A stretch of 64,000 bases of DNA. Origin: Dehalococcoidia bacterium. Lineage in GTDB: Bacteria; Chloroflexota; Dehalococcoidia; UBA2979. The notes below the pieces were generated by a model that was not told the origin of the DNA, ran no database searches, and saw only the letters and a list, made by a program, of their open reading frames with translations. Shown here piece after piece: positions 28,252-38,262 of this stretch. The stretch covers positions 704,001-768,000 of the forward strand of contig OZ219872.1 in assembly GCA_964291495.2 (NCBI GenBank), written 5' to 3'. The position numbers and the translations under genes were made by a program. The number at the start of each line of letters is the position of its first letter. The stretch's first letter is position 1.

Positions 28252-30513
28252 ATGAGCGTCTCAGAGCGGGATTCGGCGGCGCCTGTCCGCCCTGCCGGGC
28301 GCCGGGGCAAGCCCCGCCCGGTCCGGCTCACCGGCGCCTGGTGGGCTCCGGCCGTGGGCCTCAGCGGCCTCGGCCTGATTTCCGCCATCGAGCTGGAGCG
28401 CACCAACGCCGGCCGCGAGGTCTTCTTCAACGTCCAGCAGCCCTGGATCGTCTACATCCTGCTCGCGGCCCTCACCGGCCTGCTGGTCTACGGCTTCGCG
28501 CGCCACGCCACGCTCTGGACCGTCGGCAAGCCCACGCCCGGACTGCTGCGCGAGATCCCGATGCGCGCACGCAACGCCGTGCGGCTGGGACTCGGCCAGG
28601 AGAAGGTGCGGCGCGACCGCTACGCCGGGATCATGCACCTCTGCATCTTCTCCTCGATCATCGTGCTCACCGCCGTGACGGCGCAGGTCGCGCTCGATGA
28701 CGAGACGCCGCTCAGCTTCCTGCGCGGCGACTACTACCTGTTCTTCTCGTTCTACGGCGACCTGTTCGGCCTGATCGGCATGATCGGCGTCGGGATGGCG
28801 CTCTACCGGCGCTACTTCGACGACTTCCACCGCATCCGCTGGGACGAGCGCCTCGAGGACCACGTGATCATCTGGGGCCTCGGCCTGATCCTCATCACCG
28901 GATTCGGCGTGGAGGCGGCGCGGATCAGCGTCACCGAGCTGAACGGCTTCATCCTGGAGGACGGCACGCAGCTCGCGGCGCACCCGGACTGGGCGCGCTG
29001 GTCCTTCGTCTCCTACGTCATCGCCGAGGCGCTCGGCATCCTCGATCTCACGCAGGCCCAGGTGCTCGCGGGCCACACCTGGATGTGGTGGATCCACGTG
29101 ATCCTCGCCTTCGCCTGGCTCGGCCTGCTCGTCTTCACGCGCCTCGACCACATGATCTTCGCTCCCGTGAACGCCTTCCTGCTGCGCACCGACGCCCCCG
29201 GCCGCCTCACGAAGATCGAGGACATCGAGGAGCAGGAGGTCTTCGGCGTCGGCCAGATCCAGGACTTCACCTGGAAGCAGCTCTTCGAGCTCGACGCCTG
29301 CGTGCGCTGCGGGCGCTGCACCGAGGTCTGCCCCGCCGACCTCTCCGGCCAGCCGCTCTCGCCGATGCACCTGATCCAGGACCTCAAGGCACACCTCGCC
29401 TCGGTCGGGCCGGAGGTGCAGCGGCGCGGCCACCTCGGCGGCGACGTGCGCGAGGTCGCGCAGCAGGAGATGGTCGGCGAGGTGATCAGGGACGAGACGC
29501 TCTGGGCCTGCCGCACCTGCGGCGCCTGCGTGCAGGAATGCCCGGTGATGATCGAGCACGTGCCGACCATCGTGGACATGCGCCGCTACCTGGTGATGGA
29601 CGAGGCGCGGGTACCCGCCACGGCACAGACCGCCCTCGAGAACATGGAGATGCGCGGCCACCCCTGGCGCGGCACCAACCTCACTCGCGAGTCGTGGATG
29701 GAGGGCCTGGGCGAGGTCCCGGTCTTCGACGGCTCGCAGGACTACCTCTACTGGGTCGGCTGCTCGGGCGCGCTCGTCGAGCGCAACCTGCCGGTCACGC
29801 AGGCCGTCTTCCGGCTGCTGCGCGAGTCCGGGGCCAGCTTCGGCGTGCTGGGGCAGGAGGAGACCTGCAACGGCGACCCGGCGCGGCGTCTCGGCAACGA
29901 GTACCTCTACCAGATCCTCGCCGAGCAGCTGATCGAGACGTTCAAGGCGAAGAACGTGCAGCGCGTGATCACCAACTGCCCGCACTGCTTCAACACCTTC
30001 AAGAACGAGTACCCGCAGTTCGACGGCCGCTTCGAGGTGCTCCACCACACCGAGTTCCTCGAGGGCGCGCTCGCCGACGGCTCGCTCACGCCGAAGCACT
30101 CGCTCGACTCCAGCGTCACGTACCACGACTCCTGCTACCTGGGGCGGATGAACGGCGTCTACGACCCGCCGCGCCAGATCATCGAGCTGCTGCCGGGCGT
30201 CGATCTCACGGAGATGCGGCGCAGCCGCAGCAAGGGCCTGTGCTGCGGCGCGGGTGGCGGCAACATGTGGCAGGAAGAGGTCGGCGAACGCCGCGTCAAC
30301 CACGTGCGCACCGAGGAAGCCGTGGGCACGGGCGCCTCGGAAGTGGTCTCCAACTGCCCGTTCTGCATCCAGATGTTCGATGACGGCGTGCCCGCCATCC
30401 AGCCGGAGGAAGAGGGGCGGATCCGCCCCTTCGATATCGCCGAACTGGTCGAGCGCTCCGTGCTCGGCGAGAACGGGGCGAGCAGCAACGGCACGCCCGC
30501 CGCGACCTCGTAG
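28252..30513 (+). CDS. Membrane-bound heterodisulfide-reductase-related Fe-S oxidoreductase (FadF / ETF:menaquinone oxidoreductase type)
   Basis: Multi-TM N-terminus with His residues, CVRCGRCTEVCP and CRTCGACVQECP, two CCG domains (HDSCYLGR, CCGAGGG, NCPFC); adjacent to etfBA. Confidence 0.92.
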   Translation: MSVSERDSAAPVRPAGRRGKPRPVRLTGAWWAPAVGLSGLGLISAIELERTNAGREVFFNVQQPWIVYILLAALTGLLVYGFARHATLWTVGKPTPGLLREIPMRARNAVRLGLGQEKVRRDRYAGIMHLCIFSSIIVLTAVTAQVALDDETPLSFLRGDYYLFFSFYGDLFGLIGMIGVGMALYRRYFDDFHRIRWDERLEDHVIIWGLGLILITGFGVEAARISVTELNGFILEDGTQLAAHPDWARWSFVSYVIAEALGILDLTQAQVLAGHTWMWWIHVILAFAWLGLLVFTRLDHMIFAPVNAFLLRTDAPGRLTKIEDIEEQEVFGVGQIQDFTWKQLFELDACVRCGRCTEVCPADLSGQPLSPMHLIQDLKAHLASVGPEVQRRGHLGGDVREVAQQEMVGEVIRDETLWACRTCGACVQECPVMIEHVPTIVDMRRYLVMDEARVPATAQTALENMEMRGHPWRGTNLTRESWMEGLGEVPVFDGSQDYLYWVGCSGALVERNLPVTQAVFRLLRESGASFGVLGQEETCNGDPARRLGNEYLYQILAEQLIETFKAKNVQRVITNCPHCFNTFKNEYPQFDGRFEVLHHTEFLEGALADGSLTPKHSLDSSVTYHDSCYLGRMNGVYDPPRQIIELLPGVDLTEMRRSRSKGLCCGAGGGNMWQEEVGERRVNHVRTEEAVGTGASEVVSNCPFCIQMFDDGVPAIQPEEEGRIRPFDIAELVERSVLGENGASSNGTPAATS

Positions 30514-30587
30514 TCGGGGCGTAGTAGTCTGATGATCGGCGCGGGCTCGGCCGACCGCTGGCCGGGCTCGCTGTTGAGGGGGTAACC

Positions 30588-31391
30588 ATGCATTTCGTCG
30601 TCTGCGCCAAGCAGATTCCGGACCCGGAGACGCCGCCCTCGGCGTTCCGCATCGACGAGGCGAACAACGAGGTGATCCCGGCGCCGGGCATCTCGCCGGT
30701 GCTCAGCCAGTTCGACGGCATGGCCGCCGAGGCGGCCCTGCGCATCGTCGAGGCGGCCGGCGACGGCAAGATCACCGTCATCTCGCTCGGCCAGGAGAGC
30801 GCCCAGGCCGCCATCAAGCAGGTGCTCGCGATGGGCGCCGACGAGGGCATCCTGCTCGAGGACGACGCCCTGCAGGGCGGGGACTCCTACACGACCGCAC
30901 GCACCCTCGCGGCGGCGATCGAGAAGCTCGGCGACGTGGACGCCGTGTTCTGCGGCCGCCAGGCCGCCGACTGGGACATGGGCCAGGTCGGCCTCGGACT
31001 GGCCGAACTGCTCGGCTGGCCCTCGGCGATCATCGCCAAGGACGTGCAGATCGAGAACGGCACGATGCACGTCCAGCGCGTGCTCGCTGACGGCTTCGAG
31101 ACGGTCGCGCTGCCGCTGCCGGCGGTGGTCACGATCTCCAACGAGATCGGCGACCCGCGCTACCCGAAGCTGCAGCAGATCATGCGCGCGGCGCGGAAGA
31201 CCGTGAACCGCTGGAGCGCCGAGGACCTGGGGCTCGACCCCTCGACCGTGGGCGACGCCGGCGCGCGGCTCAAGCTGGAGCGGCTGTTCATCCCCGAGCT
31301 CGGCGGCGACGTCGAGATCATGGAGGGCGAGAGCGCGGAAGAGCAGGCACAGAACCTCGCCACGACGCTCCGCGAAGCGAAGGTCCTGTAG
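30588..31391 (+). CDS. etfB: Electron transfer flavoprotein beta subunit
   Basis: VVCAKQIPD, LAMGADEG, CGRQAADWDMGQVG, PRYP. Confidence 0.95.
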   Translation: MHFVVCAKQIPDPETPPSAFRIDEANNEVIPAPGISPVLSQFDGMAAEAALRIVEAAGDGKITVISLGQESAQAAIKQVLAMGADEGILLEDDALQGGDSYTTARTLAAAIEKLGDVDAVFCGRQAADWDMGQVGLGLAELLGWPSAIIAKDVQIENGTMHVQRVLADGFETVALPLPAVVTISNEIGDPRYPKLQQIMRAARKTVNRWSAEDLGLDPSTVGDAGARLKLERLFIPELGGDVEIMEGESAEEQAQNLATTLREAKVL

Positions 31392-31475
31392 GCCGCCGCG
31401 GGCGGTCCCTGAACGCTGCATAGCCGGTCCCGTGGCCCTCGAGGGCCGGACGGGCCGGGCGGGAGGCAAGCAACG

Positions 31476-32453
31476 ATGGCCAGAAACATCCTCGTGATCG
31501 GCGAGCTCGACGGCGGCGCGCTGTCCAGCACCACCGCCGAGCTGGTGGGCGGCGCCAGCCGCCTCGCGGACGGCGGGCAGGTCTCCGTGACCCTCACCGG
31601 CGCCGGCGCGAGCGGGCAGGCGAACGCGGCCTTCGCCGCGGGCGCCGACCGCGCCTTCGTCAACGACGACGCGACCTACGACGACTTCCGCTCCGACCAG
31701 TGGGTCGGCGCGGCGGAAGAGGCGATCGACCAGGCCGCCCCCGACGTGATCCTGATCGCCCAGTCGATCGTCGGTCGCGACCTCGGGCCGCGCCTCGCGT
31801 TCCGCCGCGACACCGCCGTGGCGATGGACTGCGTGAGCATCGAGGACAGCGGCGGGGCCTTCAAGGCGACGCGGCCCTGCTACGGCGGCAACGCCCAGGC
31901 GACCTACGCCTTCGCGACCTCGCCGGCGATCGCGACGGTGCGCGCCAAGTCGCAGGAGCCGCTCGACCCGCCCCGCGAGGGCGCGAGCGGCGAGGTGGTC
32001 GAGCTCTCCGGCGCCGGCGAGAGCCGCGCCGAGATCGTCGGCCGCGAGGCGGCAGTCGCCGAGGGCCTGCAGCTGCAGGACGCCCCGGTCGTCGTCTCCG
32101 GCGGGCGCGGGCTCGGCGCTCCCGAGGGCTTCGGGCTGGTCGAGGAGCTGGCCGAGGCGATCGGCACGGACAAGGCAGCTGTCGGGTCCTCGCGGGCCGC
32201 GTGCGACCTCGGCTGGTACCCGCCGAGCCAGCAGGTGGGCCTGACGGGCAAGGTGGTGACGCCGGACCTCTACATCGCGATCGCCATCTCCGGGGCCAGC
32301 CAGCACATGGCCGGCTGCAGCGGATCGAAGACGATCATCGCCATCAACAAGGACCCGGAGGCCAACATCTTCAAGGCCGCCCGCTACGGCATCGTGGGCG
32401 ACTACAAGGAGGTGCTGCCGCCACTGATCGAGGCGGTGAAGAACCTGGACTGA
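31476..32453 (+). CDS. etfA: Electron transfer flavoprotein alpha subunit
   Basis: [40 protein letters not shown]. Confidence 0.96.
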   Translation: MARNILVIGELDGGALSSTTAELVGGASRLADGGQVSVTLTGAGASGQANAAFAAGADRAFVNDDATYDDFRSDQWVGAAEEAIDQAAPDVILIAQSIVGRDLGPRLAFRRDTAVAMDCVSIEDSGGAFKATRPCYGGNAQATYAFATSPAIATVRAKSQEPLDPPREGASGEVVELSGAGESRAEIVGREAAVAEGLQLQDAPVVVSGGRGLGAPEGFGLVEELAEAIGTDKAAVGSSRAACDLGWYPPSQQVGLTGKVVTPDLYIAIAISGASQHMAGCSGSKTIIAINKDPEANIFKAARYGIVGDYKEVLPPLIEAVKNLD

Positions 32454-32482
32454 CGGGCGCGTACGGCCGCCGCGGGCGTTTC

Positions 32483-32511
32483 TTGCGCCCCCTCTGGCCG
32501 GTCCATACAAT
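32483..32511 (+). promoter_or_regulatory. Sigma70-type promoter for coaE / AAA+ / phosphoesterase / VWA
   Basis: TTGCGC (32483-32488), 17 nt spacer, TACAAT (32506-32511). Confidence 0.6.
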
Positions 32512-32571
32512 CGCCCGGCAACCGGATTCCAGCGCCACCGCCCACGCGCGATACGCGCTCTTGGAGGATCC

Positions 32572-33258
32572 ATGCGCGTTCTCGGACTGACCGGAGGGAT
32601 CGCCTCCGGCAAATCAACTGCGGCTGCCCAGCTCAAGGAGCTGGGAGTGATCGTGCTGGACGCCGACCGCTACGGGCACCGCGTCTACGAGCCGGACACG
32701 CCGGGCTTCCACGCCGTGGTCAACGAGTTCGGCCACGACATCGTCGGCGCGGACGGCGAGATCGACCGCCGCATCCTCGGCGGCAAGGTTTTCGGCGATC
32801 CGGAGAAGATGGACCGCCTCACGGACATCGTCTGGCCGGAGATCCGGCGCATCGCCGCCGAGGAGATCGCCGAGCTGCGCGACCGCGAGCCGGAGACGAT
32901 CATCTGCCTCGAGGCCGCCGTGATGATCGAGGCCGGCTGGCAGGACCTCTGCGACGAGGTCTGGGTCATCGCCACCGAGCCGGAGACGGCGATCAAGCGG
33001 CTCAGGGATCGCAACGGCCTCAACGCGGAGCAGGCCCAGGCGCGCCTCGACTCGCAGCTCACCAACCGGGAGCGGCGCAGGCACGCCAAGATCTACATCG
33101 ACAACTCCGGAACGCAGAAGCAGTTCCGCGACCAGATCGACCACGAGTGGATGCGCCTCCACCGCCGCATCAAGCAGGCGGTGGGACGCGCCCGCGCCCA
33201 GGCCCGCCGCGAGGCCGAGGCACGCGCCGCCGCCGACGCCGCGGCCAGGGGCGGATAA
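32572..33258 (+). CDS. coaE: Dephospho-CoA kinase family protein
   Basis: [42 protein letters not shown]. Confidence 0.9.
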   Translation: MRVLGLTGGIASGKSTAAAQLKELGVIVLDADRYGHRVYEPDTPGFHAVVNEFGHDIVGADGEIDRRILGGKVFGDPEKMDRLTDIVWPEIRRIAAEEIAELRDREPETIICLEAAVMIEAGWQDLCDEVWVIATEPETAIKRLRDRNGLNAEQAQARLDSQLTNRERRRHAKIYIDNSGTQKQFRDQIDHEWMRLHRRIKQAVGRARAQARREAEARAAADAAARGG

Positions 33259-33262
33259 CCCG

Positions 33263-34135
33263 GTGACCACAACCGAGGCCCGCCCCGACCACGACTACAA
33301 GCAGATCGAGGTCCAGGAGTTCCGGCTCACCGAGGAGCCCTTCTACCTGCCCGTCGCCGACGAGGTCGACCTCTTTGAGATCGCCTACGAGGAACAGATC
33401 CCGGTCCTGCTCAAGGGCCCGACCGGCTGCGGCAAGACCCGCTTCGTCGAGTACATGTCCTGGCGGCTGCACCAGCACCTCGGCGACGAGACGCAGGGCG
33501 TGCCGCTGATTACCGTCGCCTGCCACGAGGACCTCAGCGCCTCCGATCTCGTCGGCCGCTACCTGCTGGAGGGCGACGAGACGGTCTGGATCGACGGGCC
33601 GATCACGCGCGCCGTGAAGGCAGGCGCGATCTGCTACCTCGACGAGATCGTCGAGGCGCGCAAGGACACGACCGTCCTCATCCACCCGCTCACCGACTAC
33701 CGGCGGCTGTTGCCCCTCGACAAGCGCGGCGAGTTGCTCGAGGCGGCCGAGGGCTTCCTGCTGGTGCTCTCCTACAACCCCGGCTACCAGTCCGCGCTCA
33801 AGGACCTCAAGCACTCCACGCGGCAGCGCTTCGTCGCGATCGAGTTCAACTACCCACCGCGCGACCAGGAGGCGGAGATCATCCGCCGCGAGTCGAACTG
33901 CAGCGCCGAGGACGCGATGGAGCTCGCCAAGCTCGGCGAAAAGGTCCGCAACCTCAAGGAACACGGCCTCGCCGAAGGCGTCTCGACCCGCCTGCTCGTC
34001 TACGCCGGCCGGCTGATCAGCCGCGGCATCGCGCCCCGCCGCGCCTGCCAGACGGCGGTCGTCTGGGGGCTCACCGACGAGTTCGAGGTCCAGCGCTCCA
34101 TCGAAGAGGTCGTGACCTCGATCTTCCCGGAATAG
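33263..34135 (+). CDS. CbbQ/NirQ/NorQ family MoxR AAA+ ATPase
   Basis: [66 protein letters not shown]. Confidence 0.95.
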   Translation: MTTTEARPDHDYKQIEVQEFRLTEEPFYLPVADEVDLFEIAYEEQIPVLLKGPTGCGKTRFVEYMSWRLHQHLGDETQGVPLITVACHEDLSASDLVGRYLLEGDETVWIDGPITRAVKAGAICYLDEIVEARKDTTVLIHPLTDYRRLLPLDKRGELLEAAEGFLLVLSYNPGYQSALKDLKHSTRQRFVAIEFNYPPRDQEAEIIRRESNCSAEDAMELAKLGEKVRNLKEHGLAEGVSTRLLVYAGRLISRGIAPRRACQTAVVWGLTDEFEVQRSIEEVVTSIFPE

Positions 34136-34146
34136 GGAACCCGCCC

Positions 34147-34749
34147 GTGCGCCTCGGGATCGTCTCGGACATCCACTGCAACGCAGAGGCGCTGGACATC
34201 GCCATCGAGCGCATGGGCAACGTCGACGAGCTGCTCTGCGCGGGTGACGCGATCTTCCAGTTCCGCTTCTCCAACGACGTGATCAGCCGCCTCCGCGAGA
34301 TCGGCGCGCGCATGGTCCTCGGCAACCACGAGGACGTCGTGCTCGGCCCGCTCGGCGACCGCGTGCGCGCGCACCACACCACCGACCCGGAGCTGCTGAA
34401 GTGGCTCTCCGAGCAGCCCCGCCGCATCGACACCGAGATCGGCGGCAAGAAGTTCACGATGTTCCATGCCTGCCCGGACGAGCCGCCCTACGAGTACGTC
34501 TACTCGGACAGCCCGCGCATCAAGGAGTTCGGCGAAACCGGCGCGGACTACGTCGTCTACGGCCACACCCACTACGAGCTGCTGCACCGCGTGAACAGCA
34601 CGCTGGTGATCAACCCCGGCTCCACGGGGCAGCCGCGCAACCCCTCCAACGGCTTCCGCGTCTCCTACGCGATCCTCGACACGCAGAGCGGCGAGGTTAC
34701 CTTCGACGTCTTCGACGACCCGCTGCGGCCGGGAATCAGGTCCACATGA
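34147..34749 (+). CDS. YfcE-like metallophosphoesterase
   Basis: SDIH, AGD, GNHE, FH, GHTH, NPGS. Confidence 0.92.
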   Translation: MRLGIVSDIHCNAEALDIAIERMGNVDELLCAGDAIFQFRFSNDVISRLREIGARMVLGNHEDVVLGPLGDRVRAHHTTDPELLKWLSEQPRRIDTEIGGKKFTMFHACPDEPPYEYVYSDSPRIKEFGETGADYVVYGHTHYELLHRVNSTLVINPGSTGQPRNPSNGFRVSYAILDTQSGEVTFDVFDDPLRPGIRST

Positions 34750-37700
34750 GCGCCGCCGCGGACGTCACCGCCCGCTACGACGCCGAGCTGCGCGGCTACG
34801 GCCCCACCCTGGCCGACGACCTCGCGAACGGCGCGCGCGCCCTCGAGGGCCGGCTGAGCGAGGAGCAGCTCGGCGAGTGGGCCAACGCCGGCGTCGAGCT
34901 CTCGCGCCACTCGCTGCGCTCCTGGGAGGCGGCCGCCGAGTACTTCCGCGCCAGCCCCCGGCTGCTGCCCGCCTTCTCGTTCGAGGAGCTGCTGGACTGG
35001 GCCGCCGTCGCGCGCGAGCTGTCCGAACAGTCCTCGATGATCGCCGCCGCCTTCCTGCGCGCGACGCCGGAGGTGCTGCAACCGCTGCAGGGCGCCGACG
35101 ACAAGGATCTCGGCATCATGGGCGAGTGGATCGGCCGCCCCGGCGAGCAGATCCGCCCCTGGTCCGCCCTCGGGCGGCGGCTCGCCCGAGGCAACTGGAA
35201 GTCCGTCGCGCTCGCCGCCTCCTTCTTCGAGCAGAGCCCGGCGCTGCTGCACGCGCTGCCACTCGACGCCGTGCGCGACCTGGTCGAGATCGTCGACCGG
35301 CTCTCGGAGCGCTCGTACCAGCTCGCCGCCTCCTGCCTGGAGCGCTCGGGCGAGCTGTTCGGGGGGCTGGCGCCGCCGGACCGGCGGCCCTTCCTGGAGT
35401 TCGCCGGCGCCGTGGCGAAGGCCTCGTGGGCGGACACGCGGCTCTACTTCGAGCGCGGGCCCGGACTGCTGGCCCCGATCGCGCAGGACGAGCGCGGCGC
35501 CTTCCTGCGCCTCGCCGCCGACGTCGCGGGCGAGACCGGCCGCCAGGGCTACCCGCTCTTCGTCGAGGCCGCCGAGGCGCTCGCCGAGGTCCAGCCCACC
35601 TACCACGGCACGCTGCTCGAGCTGTCCTCGCGGCTCGCGACCGGCAGCCCCGCCGCCGCGATGGCGTTCCTGCGCTCCTCGCCGCACGTGCTCACCCGGC
35701 TCACCGCCGACCAGCTGGAGCGCTGGCTGCAAACCGGCTGGGAGCTGCTCTTCGAGCAGGGCAACGTCGAGGGCGCCGAGGCCTACTTCCGCCTCGAGTC
35801 GTCGCGAGCCGAGGAGATGCTCGGCAACCTCTCCGCCCGCGTCGAGCTGCGCGACGTCAGCAACACGCTGCGGCTCTACTCGAAGGCGCTTACCGGCGAG
35901 CAGATCGCCATCCGCTCCACCGAGGAGCTGGTGGACGCCGGCATCGGCTGGGTCCAGGAGTCGGTCGCGACCACCGAGGGCAACGCGATCTACCTGCCGC
36001 CCTACGTCGGCACCTTCCCGGAGCAGCCGGAGAACTTCCAGAGCTACAAGGTCTTCACCACGCACCAGACCGGCCGCATCGAGTTCGGCTCGTTCCGCTT
36101 CGTGTTCGGCGCGTCCGGCGCCTACCTCGCATCGAGCATGGAGGAGCGCGAGGCTGCGCACGTCAACGGCGACGCGCCGGCCGGCGGGAACGGCGCGACG
36201 GAAGCCGCGCCGACCACGCCGATGGAGCGCTACTTCGACCTGTTCGCGGACCGCACGCTGATCTCCGGCCTGTTCACGATCGTCGAGGACGCGCGCGTCG
36301 ACGCCTACATCGCCCGCGAGTACGGCGGCATCCGCCCCGCCCTGCAGCGCATGCAGGCCCACGAGGCGGAGAGCCGGCGCAGCCCCGCCGAGATGGGCCT
36401 GCGCGCCGCCTACCTCGAGAACCTGCTGCGCGCCTCGCTCGGCCAGCCGCAGACGATGCGCTACCCGGCCGACCTGATGCCGCTGCTGCGCGAGGGCCTC
36501 GACCAACTCGAAGCGGTCGCCGAGCGCGACGCCACCGTGCAGGACTCGGCCGAGGCGGCCGCGGCGATCTACGCGATCGCCGAGCGCATCCCCAACATCC
36601 AGGGCGCCTACGAGGCCGTCGACTGGGAGGCCCTCGGCGACGAGATGATCGAGGTCAACCCGGATGTCTCCGGCGGCCCCGGCGCGGAGATGCCCTCCGG
36701 TGACGAGATCGACTTCGAGACGCCGCCGCAGCCCGAGTTCCGCGGCGACTTCAAGCCGGAGCTCGTGCAACTGATGATGCGCCTCCAGGAACAGCGCGAC
36801 GGCGCCGACCCGGCCGGCGCGCCGCTCACACAGGAGCAGCTCCAGGCGCTGCTCGAGAAGTCCGTCGAGATCACGATCTCCGACATCGCCGAGGGCGACC
36901 TCGCCTCCTCGATGGGCATGTTCCTCACCAACCTCGAGCGCGAGGCGCTGGACGCCAAGCAGGGCCCACCCGGCCAGGTGCCGGACGGCGCCGACGCCGG
37001 CGACTCCTCCGGCGAGGGCGACGTGATGGAGGAGCTGCCGATCGAGATCTCGTGGACCTACTACGACGAGTGGGACTTCCGCGCCGGCGACTACCGCCCG
37101 CGCTGGTGCCGCGTCGGCGAGCGCCGCGGCGAGGAGGGCGAGCTCGAGTACTACGAGGACACCCTGCGCCGCCACCACGGCCTCGTCTCCGAGACGCGCC
37201 GCCAGTTCGAGCTGCTGCGCCCGGAGCACTTCCGCCGCATCAAGCGCCTCGAGGACGGCGAGGACGTCGACCTCGACGAGGCGATCTCCTTCATCATCGA
37301 CAAGCGCGCCGGCGTCGGGCCCCTCGGGCGCGTCTACTGGCGGCGCAACAAGGTGGAGCGTGACGTCGCGGTCGCCTTCCTGCTCGACATGTCGGCCTCG
37401 ACCGACGAGGAGATCGACAAGCCGCAGACCAGCTACCAGCCGTCCGACGACGACTTCGACGACGACCCGCGCAAGTACTTCCAGTGGCTCGCCGAGCGCC
37501 GCGCGCGCTTCACCGCCGAGCCGCCGAAGCGAATTATCGACCTCGAGCGCGAGTCGCTGGTGCTGATCGTCGAGGCGCTCGAGGCGATCGGCGACGCGTA
37601 CGGCATCTACGGCTTCTCCGGCTACGGCCGCGACAACGTCGAGTTCCACGTGATCAAGGACCTGCACGACACCTTCGGCGACCGCACGCGGCGCCGCATC

Positions 37701-38057
37701 GACAAGATCCAGCCGATCCGGTCGACGCGCATGGGCCCGGCGATCCGCCACACGATCAGCAAGCTCGAGGCCTACGACGCGAAGGTGAAGCTCTTGATCC
37801 TCGTCTCCGACGGCCGCCCGCAGGACCACGGCTACGGGCGCGACCGCACGGAGAAGGAGTACGCGGTGCACGACACGCACCAGGCGTTGGTCGAGGCGAA
37901 GCAGCTGGGCATCACGCCCTTCCTGATCACCGTCGATAAGGAGGGCCACGACTACCTGAAGGAGATGTGCGACGACGTCGGCTACGAGGTCGTCGCCGAC
38001 ATCGAATCGCTCCCCCGCCGCCTCACCTCCCTCTACCGCGTCCTCGCCACGGACTAA
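34746..38057 (+). CDS. CbbO/NorD-type VWA adaptor protein (1103 aa)
   Basis: ATG 34746 (ATGA overlap); VEDARVD, YDEWDFRAGDYRP.WC, MIDAS DMSAS / TRMGPAIRH / SDGRPQD. Confidence 0.92.
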   Translation: MSAAADVTARYDAELRGYGPTLADDLANGARALEGRLSEEQLGEWANAGVELSRHSLRSWEAAAEYFRASPRLLPAFSFEELLDWAAVARELSEQSSMIAAAFLRATPEVLQPLQGADDKDLGIMGEWIGRPGEQIRPWSALGRRLARGNWKSVALAASFFEQSPALLHALPLDAVRDLVEIVDRLSERSYQLAASCLERSGELFGGLAPPDRRPFLEFAGAVAKASWADTRLYFERGPGLLAPIAQDERGAFLRLAADVAGETGRQGYPLFVEAAEALAEVQPTYHGTLLELSSRLATGSPAAAMAFLRSSPHVLTRLTADQLERWLQTGWELLFEQGNVEGAEAYFRLESSRAEEMLGNLSARVELRDVSNTLRLYSKALTGEQIAIRSTEELVDAGIGWVQESVATTEGNAIYLPPYVGTFPEQPENFQSYKVFTTHQTGRIEFGSFRFVFGASGAYLASSMEEREAAHVNGDAPAGGNGATEAAPTTPMERYFDLFADRTLISGLFTIVEDARVDAYIAREYGGIRPALQRMQAHEAESRRSPAEMGLRAAYLENLLRASLGQPQTMRYPADLMPLLREGLDQLEAVAERDATVQDSAEAAAAIYAIAERIPNIQGAYEAVDWEALGDEMIEVNPDVSGGPGAEMPSGDEIDFETPPQPEFRGDFKPELVQLMMRLQEQRDGADPAGAPLTQEQLQALLEKSVEITISDIAEGDLASSMGMFLTNLEREALDAKQGPPGQVPDGADAGDSSGEGDVMEELPIEISWTYYDEWDFRAGDYRPRWCRVGERRGEEGELEYYEDTLRRHHGLVSETRRQFELLRPEHFRRIKRLEDGEDVDLDEAISFIIDKRAGVGPLGRVYWRRNKVERDVAVAFLLDMSASTDEEIDKPQTSYQPSDDDFDDDPRKYFQWLAERRARFTAEPPKRIIDLERESLVLIVEALEAIGDAYGIYGFSGYGRDNVEFHVIKDLHDTFGDRTRRRIDKIQPIRSTRMGPAIRHTISKLEAYDAKVKLLILVSDGRPQDHGYGRDRTEKEYAVHDTHQALVEAKQLGITPFLITVDKEGHDYLKEMCDDVGYEVVADIESLPRRLTSLYRVLATD

Positions 38058-38072
38058 CCCCGCGCCGCCTTC

Positions 38073-38217
38073 CTCCGGCCCCCTCTCCCGGGGGAGAAGG
38101 CGGGGGTGAGCGCAATCCGGTCCCCTCTCCTGGGGGAGAGGGCGGAGGGTGAGGGGGCTCGCCGGACACACGACTGGCTGCTGAGGGACGCGCCCTGCCG
38201 CAGTCCGGAACCACCAC
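38073..38217. repeat. BoxC-like repeats, including a dispersed copy of the 106-bp unit of the 42.5-kb array
   Basis: CCCCTCTCCTGGGGGAGAGGGCGGAGGGTGAGGGGGCTCGCCGGACACACGACTGGCT...CCGGAACCA. Confidence 0.85.
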
Positions 38218-38262
38218 CCGGGAGCTGTCACCTAAGCTCGAAGTAGCCGGGAGGGGACCGCG

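Noticed and set aside
33263-38057. Carbon fixation or denitrification locus (cbbQO / norQD)
   Set aside because: No Rubisco, carboxysome, nor or nir genes in the window; only the chaperone family assignment is supported.
34665-38231. Long antisense and alternate-frame ORFs (for example 34665-38231, 56884-59790, 30159-32636, 3776-5560)
   Set aside because: They are shadows of well-supported genes, expected at this GC content, and lack recognisable motifs.
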